A stretch of DNA of 32,664 nucleotides from the NCBI GenBank assembly GCA_964400575.1, contig CAYNVA010000244.1, positions 1-32,664 on the forward strand. Direction: 5' to 3'. Origin of the DNA: an uncultured Thermodesulfobacteriota bacterium (lineage in GTDB: Bacteria > Desulfobacterota > WTBG01 > CAIYCZ01 > CAIRTM01). The position numbers and the translations under genes are program-made. The notes below the pieces were generated by a model. It did not search any database, had not been told where the DNA came from, and saw only the letters and a program-made list of their open reading frames with translations. This document shows positions 25,519 to 32,664 of this stretch, piece by piece (position 1 is the first letter of the stretch; the number at the start of each line of letters is the position of its first letter).

Positions 25519-26052
25519 ATGGAGATGACAGTAACTTTTCGTCACCTTGAGCCCAGCGATGCGTTGAAGGATTATGCTATGGATAAGGTCTCTCGGATTG
25601 AAAAGTATCTGAGCAATATAACAGAAGTGCATATCATTCTTTCCCATGAAAAGCGCGCCAACACCGCTGAAGTGATTGTGCATGCGAACAGGGCAAAAAT
25701 TACTGCAAAAGATACGCATGAAGACAATATGTACGCCTCCATTGATCTTGTGGCAGATAAGATAGAGCGCCAGGTTAAAAAGCATAAAGATAAGATTACC
25801 AGCCATAAAGAACATAAAAAAGCGCTCCATAATATTTTTTCTGCTGAGCAGCTAACAGCATCACGGGAGCAGAGCATTGTAAAGTCTGAAAGTGTTTCTA
25901 TCCGGGCCATGAGCGTTGACAGCGCTTTGGTGCAGATAGGCCAGAACGATGATGAGTTTTTTGTTTTTAAAAATATCGATACGAATAATGTTAATGTGCT
26001 GTATAAGCGTCGGAATGGTGATTTTGGGCTTATCGAGCCTGAAAATGCATAA
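25519..26052 (+). CDS. hpf: Ribosome hibernation promoting factor, long form
   Basis: MEMTVTFRHLEPSDALKDYAMDKVSRIEKY with a C-terminal dimerisation domain (FVFKNIDTNNVNVLYKRRNGDFGLIEP). SD AAAGGAG lies 5 nt upstream. It is in the canonical position after rpoN. Confidence 0.92.
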   Translation: MEMTVTFRHLEPSDALKDYAMDKVSRIEKYLSNITEVHIILSHEKRANTAEVIVHANRAKITAKDTHEDNMYASIDLVADKIERQVKKHKDKITSHKEHKKALHNIFSAEQLTASREQSIVKSESVSIRAMSVDSALVQIGQNDDEFFVFKNIDTNNVNVLYKRRNGDFGLIEPENA

Positions 26053-26084
26053 GAGCTGTTTCATGTACTGACAAGGATTAAGGT

Positions 26085-26552
26085 ATGAAAATAAGCGAAC
26101 TTCTTAATGAAAATTTGATAATTGCCGATTTGAAGGCGGGCGCCAAGCAGCAGGCCCTTGAAGAGATGGTTGCATGCCTGACAGCCAACAGGCATGGCAT
26201 AGATGCAAAAGATTTGTTCAATGTGCTTATTGAGCGTGAAAAGCTCGGCAGCACCGGCATCGGCAACGGGATTGCCATTCCACATGGCAAGCTTGACGGC
26301 CTTGACAATATCTGCCTGGTGTTTGCCCGCAGCACTGCTGGTATTGAGTTTGATTCACTTGACGGCAAGCCCGTGCACCTTATTTTTTTGCTTGTTGCGC
26401 CATCGAACTCTGCGGGTGTACATCTGAAGGCTCTTGCGCGTCTTTCCCGGCTTTTAAAGGAGAAAAATTTTCGTGACGATTTGCTCGGGGCGGCTGACGC
26501 TGCAGCGATGTATACGATAGTCGTTGTGGAAGATGAAAAAATAACTGCATGA
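26085..26552 (+). CDS. ptsN: Nitrogen-regulatory PTS protein EIIA-Ntr
   Basis: 155 aa with REKLGSTGIGNGIAIPHGK (phosphorylatable His), GIEFDSLDGKPVHLIFLLVAP and HLKALARLSRLL. Confidence 0.93.
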   Translation: MKISELLNENLIIADLKAGAKQQALEEMVACLTANRHGIDAKDLFNVLIEREKLGSTGIGNGIAIPHGKLDGLDNICLVFARSTAGIEFDSLDGKPVHLIFLLVAPSNSAGVHLKALARLSRLLKEKNFRDDLLGAADAAAMYTIVVVEDEKITA

Positions 26553-26589
26553 ACGCACGGTGTTTGCGCAATTAACAACGGTTTTCTGC

Positions 26590-26617
26590 CACCCCGCCAT
26601 CTGCCTCTGGCGGGGTG
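26590..26617 (+). other. GC-rich stem-loop between ptsN and rapZ
   Basis: caccccgcc-atctgcctct-ggcggggtg forms a 9-bp stem. It is followed by ccttccttcc rather than a U-tract, so it is not a canonical terminator. It could be a processing, stability or partial attenuation element. Confidence 0.4.
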
Positions 26618-26636
26618 CCTTCCTTCCAAAAGAGCT

Positions 26637-27503
26637 ATGGCAAAAAAGATAGATATCATAATATTGAGCGGGCTCTCCGGCTCCGGCAAAAGCACGGCCC
26701 TGCATACGCTGGAAGACCTCGGGTTTTTTTGTATTGATAATTTGCCGATTTTGCTTCTGCCCATGTTTATAGATCTCTGCCAGAGTTCAACTTTTGATAT
26801 TTCCCGGGTTGCTCTTGTGATGGATATACGCGAGCGCAATTTTTTGAAGGACTTTCAGCCGACACTTGAAAATATTCGTAAGGCGCAATATGCCCCGTTA
26901 CTTATTTTTCTGGAGTGTGCCGATGCCGTTCTTGTGCAGCGCTTCAGCGAGACGCGCCGGCAGCACCCACTGAGCGAAGGGGGCAGGGTTCTTGATGGAA
27001 TCAGCCGGGAACGCTCCATGCTCAAGGAGATAAAATCGATGGCTGACCGCATCATCGATACATCGGAATGGAATGTTCATGAGCTGAAAATGACTATTGA
27101 AAAATATTTCAACGGCATATCAAAGCGCGATATGTCCTTAGCATTTCTGTCCTTTGGATTTAAATACGGCCTACCGCATGAGGCAGATATCGTTATCGAT
27201 GTTCGCTTTATGCAGAATCCCTATTTTGTTCCGGAGCTTAAAAACCTTACGGGCAATGATGATCCTGTAGCGCAGTATGTTCTCAGCAGGCAGGATGCCC
27301 GAGAGTTTGTGGACCGGTTTCAGGCTTTCCTGACTTTTCAGCTGCCGCTGTTTGAGCGTGAAGGCAAATCGTATTTAACAGTCGCCATCGGGTGTACGGG
27401 AGGCAAACACCGTTCAGTTGCTGTTGCAAATATTTTTAAGGATTTTTTTTTACTGCACCGTCCCAATGTTTGCGCTCAGCACCGGGATATTGATAAAGAA
27501 TAA
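26637..27503 (+). CDS. rapZ: RNase adapter / nucleotide-binding protein RapZ (YhbJ)
   Basis: 288 aa with IIILSGLSGSGKSTALHTLEDLGFFCIDNLP (P-loop), DVRFMQNPYF and IGCTGGKHRSV. Confidence 0.95.
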   Translation: MAKKIDIIILSGLSGSGKSTALHTLEDLGFFCIDNLPILLLPMFIDLCQSSTFDISRVALVMDIRERNFLKDFQPTLENIRKAQYAPLLIFLECADAVLVQRFSETRRQHPLSEGGRVLDGISRERSMLKEIKSMADRIIDTSEWNVHELKMTIEKYFNGISKRDMSLAFLSFGFKYGLPHEADIVIDVRFMQNPYFVPELKNLTGNDDPVAQYVLSRQDAREFVDRFQAFLTFQLPLFEREGKSYLTVAIGCTGGKHRSVAVANIFKDFFLLHRPNVCAQHRDIDKE

Positions 27504-27556
27504 TTATCGCTCTCATGCCTGCGGCATCCGAGCAGATTGAAAGGAGTCCATCACTG

Positions 27557-27976
27557 ATGATTGGAATTGTTCTTGTCGGACACTGCAGATTTGCAGATGA
27601 ATTATGCCGGATAGTGAAAAATATTGTCGGCGACATTGATAATATGTGTCCTGTTAATTTTGAACCTGAAGAAGCGCCTGACGACTCAATGAAAAAAGTT
27701 GCAGCCGCCATTTTGAGGGTAGACAAGGGAAAAGGTGTACTGGTGCTGACCGACATGTTTGGCGGCACGCCCTCGAATATGAGCCTATCGTTTCTTGAAG
27801 AAGGCAAAGTGGAGGTCCTTACCGGAGTCAATCTGCCTATGCTCATACGCCTGATTACGCTGCGAAGCAATGGCGGAAAACTTTCAGAACTGGCATCTGA
27901 ATTGAAGGCGTACGGTCAAAAAAATATATGTATAGCAAGTGAATTGCTGCAGCAGCAAAAGCAGTCCGGGCAGTAG
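27557..27976 (+). CDS. PTS EIIA component, mannose/fructose/sorbose family
   Basis: MIGIVLVGHCRFADEL (N-terminal active-site His), VLVLTDMFGGTPSN and LTGVNLPML. SD AAGGAG lies 10 nt upstream of the ATG at 27557. Confidence 0.88.
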   Translation: MIGIVLVGHCRFADELCRIVKNIVGDIDNMCPVNFEPEEAPDDSMKKVAAAILRVDKGKGVLVLTDMFGGTPSNMSLSFLEEGKVEVLTGVNLPMLIRLITLRSNGGKLSELASELKAYGQKNICIASELLQQQKQSGQ

Positions 27977-28000
27977 CCCCCGCAATTCTGTTAGATCGCT

Positions 28001-28465
28001 ATGAGCCGCATTACGATCATACCCATGTGCGAGAAGCATCTTGATGCTGTTGCTGCAATCGAGATGGAACTTTTTTCAGACCCGTGGTCAAGGGCACTTT
28101 TTTTTCAGGATATTCAGACCGATTTCGGGCAGTGCTATGTTGCTTTGAGGGATGCAGTGGTTGTCGGGTATGTGAATGCCTGGGTTCTCTGCGACGAATG
28201 CACTATACATCGTTTAGCCTGCCGCAAAAAAAATCAACGCTGCGGCATCGGTGCTCAGCTTCTTTATTTTTTGATGCGCGAGGCAGTGCGTCGCGGGGCG
28301 AAGTTTTTTTTTCTCGAAGTCCGCGCATCCAATACGGCAGCGCAACGGTTTTATGAAAAAGCTGGTTTTGTCAAAACCGGACTTCGCAAGGCTTATTATA
28401 CCGATTCACTTGAACATGCAGTGCTTATGAGTATGACTGCAGGTAACCAACAGCAGGCTGAGTGA
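28001..28465 (+). CDS. rimI: Ribosomal-protein-alanine N-acetyltransferase (GNAT)
   Basis: 154 aa with IEMELFSDPWS, IHRLACRKKNQRCGIGAQLL (acetyl-CoA loop Q/RxxGxG), LEVRASNTAAQRFYEKAGF and RKAYY. Confidence 0.85.
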   Translation: MSRITIIPMCEKHLDAVAAIEMELFSDPWSRALFFQDIQTDFGQCYVALRDAVVVGYVNAWVLCDECTIHRLACRKKNQRCGIGAQLLYFLMREAVRRGAKFFFLEVRASNTAAQRFYEKAGFVKTGLRKAYYTDSLEHAVLMSMTAGNQQQAE

Positions 28466-28466
28466 A

Positions 28467-29270
28467 ATGATGCATAATGCTGCGACCCACATTGCCGAGC
28501 TCGTTTCAAAGCGCGAGGTCATACCCGGCACGTTTTATTGCTCGCTGAAGGCCCCCATGCTTGCGTCGCAATCCCGTCCCGGCCAGTTTATCATGATACA
28601 GGTCCAGAGTGGCACCGACCCGCTTCTGCGGCGGCCGATAAGCCTGTGCGGCGCCGGAAACGGTTCGGTTGAAATACTTTTTCAGGTCAAGGGCAGAGGC
28701 ACCGAGATCATGGCTGCCTGGGAGCCGGGGCGCGCAGTCAATGTGCTCGGCCCTTTCGGCAATGGGTTCATGATTCCAATTGATAGTAAAACAGCAGTGC
28801 TTGTTGCCGGTGGCATCGGCGCAGCGCCGCTCCTTTTTCTTGTTAAAGAGCTGTCATCTCAATTTCCAAACACTAAACTTGATTTTTTCTTTGGCTCAAA
28901 GACTGGTGTTGAGTCTGCCATAGCAAATAGTGTAGCGAATCAAATACAGGAATTCATACATGTAACAGAGGATGGTTCGACTGAGTTGAAGGGCTTCGTT
29001 ACAGATGCTTTTGAAGCTGCTTTCAAAAAAGGGGATATCTGTACAGACCGAGCATCTATATACAGTTGCGGTCCTTCTCCCCTGTTGAAAAAGGTTGCGC
29101 GGATTGCTGCAGAATATGCCATCCCCTGCCAGGTATCTCTTGAGGCACATATGGCCTGCGGCGTTGGCGCCTGCCTTGGCTGCGTGGTAGAGACACAAGA
29201 CGGCTTTAAGCGGGTCTGTGCCGATGGCCCGGTTTTTGACAGCAGCGTACTGGACTGGAATCATGACTGA
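28467..29270 (+). CDS. pyrK: Dihydroorotate dehydrogenase (class 1B) electron-transfer subunit
   Basis: 267 aa with RRPISL (FAD), GPFGNGF, VAGGIGAAPL and the [2Fe-2S] motif MACGVGACLGCVV....VCADGPVF. Confidence 0.92.
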   Translation: MMHNAATHIAELVSKREVIPGTFYCSLKAPMLASQSRPGQFIMIQVQSGTDPLLRRPISLCGAGNGSVEILFQVKGRGTEIMAAWEPGRAVNVLGPFGNGFMIPIDSKTAVLVAGGIGAAPLLFLVKELSSQFPNTKLDFFFGSKTGVESAIANSVANQIQEFIHVTEDGSTELKGFVTDAFEAAFKKGDICTDRASIYSCGPSPLLKKVARIAAEYAIPCQVSLEAHMACGVGACLGCVVETQDGFKRVCADGPVFDSSVLDWNHD

Positions 29271-30186
29271 TACAGCGATAGATCTCAGCATCACCATAGC
29301 CGGCATCAGGATGAAGAATCCTCTGATGGTCGCCTCCGGCACATTTGGTTATGGTGAGGCATATGCAGCCTTTATTGATAATAATATTTTGGGCGCTATT
29401 GTCACGAAGGGCATAGCGCTCACGCCGTCAAGGGGCAACCCGCCGCCTCGCGTGGTTGAAACACCTTCGGGCATGCTTAATGCCATCGGGTTGCAGAATG
29501 TTGGCCTTGAAGTTTTTATCGAAGAGAAAATGCCCTATCTCCGGCAGTTTGCTACGCCGCTGATAGTCAATTTTTATGGTTCCACCATCGATGATTATGT
29601 CCAGCTTGCCGGCCGCCTCAGCGAAGTTCAGGGTATTGCAGGGCTGGAGGCCAATATTTCATGTCCCAATATCAAGCAGGGTGGCATCAGCTTTGGCACT
29701 GATGCGGACATGGCCGGACGAGTAACCGAAGCAATACGCAGGGTGACGCAGTTGCCTCTTATCGTAAAGCTGACGCCTAATGTTACCGATATCGGGTCCA
29801 TTGCAAGACGTGTTCAGGACGCAGGGGCTGATGCCCTGTCGCTAACCAATACATTCACCGGCATGGTGGTTGATATCGATACCTGTAAACCTGCTCTTGC
29901 CAATGGCACGGGCGGGCTTTCCGGGCCGGCTATAAGACCGCTGGCGCTTCGCATGGTGTGGGAAACACTTAAAAGGGTTTCAATTCCCGTTATAGGCATT
30001 GGCGGCATCATGACGGCTCAGGATGCATTGCAGTTTCTGATTGTCGGCGCGCAGGCCTTTCAGATCGGCACAGCGCTTTTTGTGAATCCTCAAGCCCCCT
30101 ATGAGATTTTGGAAGGGATTAAAGGCTATTTGCAGAAGAAAAATGTATCATCACTTTCAGAACTCATTGGATGCATCACTGCATGA
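29263..30186 (+). CDS. pyrD: Dihydroorotate dehydrogenase (class 1B) catalytic subunit
   Basis: MKNPLMVASGTFGYG, VTKG, NAIGLQN, EANISCPN, IVKLTPNVTD, LTNT, GGLSGPAIRP and IGIGGI. The start overlaps the pyrK stop. Confidence 0.93.
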   Translation: MTDTAIDLSITIAGIRMKNPLMVASGTFGYGEAYAAFIDNNILGAIVTKGIALTPSRGNPPPRVVETPSGMLNAIGLQNVGLEVFIEEKMPYLRQFATPLIVNFYGSTIDDYVQLAGRLSEVQGIAGLEANISCPNIKQGGISFGTDADMAGRVTEAIRRVTQLPLIVKLTPNVTDIGSIARRVQDAGADALSLTNTFTGMVVDIDTCKPALANGTGGLSGPAIRPLALRMVWETLKRVSIPVIGIGGIMTAQDALQFLIVGAQAFQIGTALFVNPQAPYEILEGIKGYLQKKNVSSLSELIGCITA

Positions 30187-31247
30187 TACAGCGCAAAAAG
30201 ACTCGTCAAATCAAGGTCGGCTCTGTTGCTGTCGGGGGGTGCGCGCCGGTGAGCGTGCAGTCCATGACAAATACCGATACCCGCAATGCTAAAGCCACTG
30301 TCGCTCAGATCAGAAGGCTCGTTCGGGCAGGCTGCGAGGTCATACGTGTTGCCGTGCCTGATGAAACAGCTGTTGCGGCTTTGCCCTCGATTGTCAAAGG
30401 GTCTGCAATTCCCGTGATAGCAGATATACATTTCAATTATCGTCTGGCACTGGGGGCCATGGATGCGGGCGTCCATGGCATACGGATAAACCCCGGCACT
30501 ATTGGCAGCAGGCCGCGTCTTGCCGAAGTTGTCAAACAAGCAAAGGCCAGCAATCTGTCCATTCGTGTAGGGGTCAATGCAGGATCGCTTGAGAAAGATA
30601 TTTTGAAGAAATACGGCCATCCTGTTGCAGAGGCGCTTGTGGAAAGCGCTCTTAATAATGTCCGGATCCTCGAGGATATGGATTTCGACCAGATAAAGAT
30701 TTCTCTAAAATCCTCTGATGTTCTGACCACGGTGCTCGCCTACCGTCTGCTGTCAAAGAAGACACGCTATCCCCTGCATATCGGCGTTACGGAAGCGGGC
30801 ACGCTTTTTTCCGGCACAATAAAATCAGCCATCGGTCTTGGCATTCTGCTTGCCGAGGGTATTGGCGATACACTGCGCGTGTCCCTTTCTGCTGATCCTG
30901 TTGAAGAAGTGCATGCAGCCTTTGAGATGCTCAAATGCCTTGGTATCCGGCGTCGTGGGCCTGAACTCATTTCTTGCCCAACCTGCGGCAGGCGTCAGAT
31001 TGATGTCATCTCTCTGGCAAAAAAGATTGAAAAAAAACTGGCTGATTTCCCTCATCCCATCAAAATTGCCATCATGGGTTGCGAGGTGAACGGGCCGGGC
31101 GAGGCAAAAGAGGCAGATATCGGCATTGCCGGCAGCCGTACCATCGGGGTAATTTTCAGGAAGGGCAAAATCGTAAAAAAATGCGCCAAGGAACACCTTA
31201 TGGATGAGTTTTTTAAAGAGATAGATGCTTTTTCTGAAAGCATTTGA
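30183..31247 (+). CDS. ispG: 4-hydroxy-3-methylbut-2-en-1-yl diphosphate synthase (MEP pathway)
   Basis: RKKTRQIKVGSVAVGGCAPVSVQSMTNTDT, IRVAVPD, PVIADIHF, IRINPGT, SCPTCGR and IAIMGCEVNGPGEA. The ATG at 30183 overlaps the pyrD stop (ATGA). Confidence 0.94.
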   Translation: MIQRKKTRQIKVGSVAVGGCAPVSVQSMTNTDTRNAKATVAQIRRLVRAGCEVIRVAVPDETAVAALPSIVKGSAIPVIADIHFNYRLALGAMDAGVHGIRINPGTIGSRPRLAEVVKQAKASNLSIRVGVNAGSLEKDILKKYGHPVAEALVESALNNVRILEDMDFDQIKISLKSSDVLTTVLAYRLLSKKTRYPLHIGVTEAGTLFSGTIKSAIGLGILLAEGIGDTLRVSLSADPVEEVHAAFEMLKCLGIRRRGPELISCPTCGRRQIDVISLAKKIEKKLADFPHPIKIAIMGCEVNGPGEAKEADIGIAGSRTIGVIFRKGKIVKKCAKEHLMDEFFKEIDAFSESI

Positions 31248-31272
31248 GCTGAAACAGTCAAGGAGAAGACAG

Positions 31273-32664
31273 ATGCGGTATTCCCAGATATTGATTCCGA
31301 CACTTCGAGAAGATCCTGCAGAGGCCGAAGTTGCCAGTCATCGCCTGATGATGCGGGCGGGCATGATCCGCAAACTAGCCGCTGGAATTTATGCAACATT
31401 GCCCCTGGGGCAGCGTGTCATGCAGAAGACTGCTCAGATAGTTCGCGAGGAGATGAATCGGGCCGGCGCGCAGGAGGTTTTTCTGCCTTTTATCCAGCCC
31501 GCGGAACTCTGGGCTGAAAGCGGCAGGTGGGATGTGTATGGCAAGGAAATGCTGCGCTTCAAGGATCGCAGCGACCGCCAGTTTTGCCTCGGGCCCACGC
31601 ATGAAGAGGTCATTACAGACATTGTACGCACGACTGTCAACTCATACCGGCAGCTGCCTATTAATCTCTATCAGATCCATATCAAGTTTCGCGATGAGAT
31701 ACGACCGCGATTCGGGATGATGCGCGCCCGCGAGTTCATCATGAAGGATGCCTACAGTTTCGATATCGACGAGCAGGGTGCAGAAGAAAGCTATAGAAAA
31801 ATGCACGACGCCTACTGCCGTATTTTTAACCGCCTTGGGCTTACATTCAGGGCAGTGGAGGCTGATACGGGCCCTATCGGCGGCAATTTCTCCCATGAAT
31901 TTATGGTGCTTGCCGACACGGGCGAGGATATTATCGTTACCTGCACTGCCTGCGATTATGCCGCCAATACGGAAAAGGCAGAGATTGCACAGCCTGCCCT
32001 AAAGCGGGTTGATGCCGCTGATTTCAAGGAACTTAAGCGGGTTGAAACACCCAATATGCGCACCATCGAAGAGGTCGCCGGTTTCCTGAAAGTTGCGCCC
32101 AAAGACTTGATTAAGACACTGGTTTTTAGCAGCTCCCAGGGCCCTGTAGTCGCCTTAGTGCGGGGCGATCATGATATTAATGAGGTGAAACTGCGCAATT
32201 ATCTTACGTGCGACTCGCTTGAGCTTGCAGAGGATGATGTAATTGAAAAAATTACCGGTGCGCCGCGCGGGTTTGCCGGTCCGACGGGTATGAAGAATGT
32301 GCGCATGGTGGCCGATTTTGGGCTTCAGGGCTGCCGCAACATGGTGACCGGCGGCAATGAGCCAGATGTGCATGCCGTTAATGTGAATTTTGATCGAGAT
32401 TTCTCGATTGATGAATTCGTCGATATTCGAACGGCTCAGGCCGGCGACAGGTGCCCCCGCTGCGGCAAGGCGCTTGCTACCACGCGCGGCATCGAGGTCG
32501 GGCATATTTTCAAGCTGGGCACCAAATACAGCAAGGCAATGAGCTGCAGCTATCTTGACCAGCAGGGCAGGGCGCAGCCGATGATCATGGGCTGCTATGG
32601 TATTGGTGTGGGGCGCACTGTTGCCGCAGCAATAGAACAGTCGCATGATGAAAACGGCATTATC
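31273..32664 (+). CDS. proS: Prolyl-tRNA synthetase, 5' part (464 codons, runs off the right edge); absent from the supplied ORF track
   Basis: My own translation from the ATG at 31273 (SD AAGGAGAAG): MRYSQILIPTLREDPAEAEVASHRLMMRAGMIRKLAAGIYATLPLG..., FCLGPTHEEVITD, QIHIKFRDEIRPRFGMMRAREFIMKDAYSF (class II motif 2) and FSHEFMVL. The frame is open to the last base. Confidence 0.93.
   Translation, partial: MRYSQILIPTLREDPAEAEVASHRLMMRAGMIRKLAAGIYATLPLGQRVMQKTAQIVREEMNRAGAQEVFLPFIQPAELWAESGRWDVYGKEMLRFKDRSDRQFCLGPTHEEVITDIVRTTVNSYRQLPINLYQIHIKFRDEIRPRFGMMRAREFIMKDAYSFDIDEQGAEESYRKMHDAYCRIFNRLGLTFRAVEADTGPIGGNFSHEFMVLADTGEDIIVTCTACDYAANTEKAEIAQPALKRVDAADFKELKRVETPNMRTIEEVAGFLKVAPKDLIKTLVFSSSQGPVVALVRGDHDINEVKLRNYLTCDSLELAEDDVIEKITGAPRGFAGPTGMKNVRMVADFGLQGCRNMVTGGNEPDVHAVNVNFDRDFSIDEFVDIRTAQAGDRCPRCGKALATTRGIEVGHIFKLGTKYSKAMSCSYLDQQGRAQPMIMGCYGIGVGRTVAAAIEQSHDENGII

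Overview
This is a chromosomal window from a Gram-negative bacterium. The gene content (MglA-type GTPase, ArgJ, class 1B PyrK/PyrD, and a kdsD-kdsC-lptCAB-rpoN-hpf-ptsN-rapZ run) suggests a Desulfobacterota/deltaproteobacterial lineage, but that is inference and was not checked by any search. I can support about 35 protein genes, one tRNA(CAT) and one family of intergenic repeats.

**Left part (1-8.5 kb, mostly minus strand):** a truncated CDS, an SGNH hydrolase, two small hypothetical proteins, tatA (plus strand), argJ, secA, trpF, and a lipoprotein plus single-domain response regulator pair.

**Middle part (8.8-14.4 kb, plus strand):** a tightly packed four-gene operon that is not housekeeping. 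It encodes a soluble TPR protein, an MglA-family small GTPase with a roughly 300-aa proline-rich and acidic-repeat tail, a polytopic membrane TPR protein with a Cys-rich zinc-ribbon-like loop, and a membrane-anchored DUF4388/PATAN protein. No MglB/roadblock partner is present in the window. This is my best candidate for an undescribed system.

**Then (14.5-16.5 kb, minus strand):** trxB, a YihX-like HAD phosphatase and the tRNA.

**Right part (16.6 kb to the end, plus strand):** one long collinear housekeeping run. It contains an APC amino-acid permease, the complete CMP-Kdo pathway (kdsB, kdsA, kdsD, kdsC), lptC, an enlarged lptA, lptB, rpoN, hpf, ptsN, rapZ, a mannose-type PTS EIIA, rimI, pyrK, pyrD, ispG and the 5' part of proS.

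**Other points worth a second look:**
- A dispersed repeat family built from CAACGAT-type heptamers occurs three times. One copy is a 12-unit, 14-bp tandem array upstream of the SGNH hydrolase, and two copies bracket trxB.
- SecA carries an 8-cysteine insertion in its variable subdomain.
- LptA is fused to an extra N-terminal domain.

No CRISPR array, transposase, integrase or phage gene was recognised. All similarity calls come from reading motifs by eye, not from database searches.
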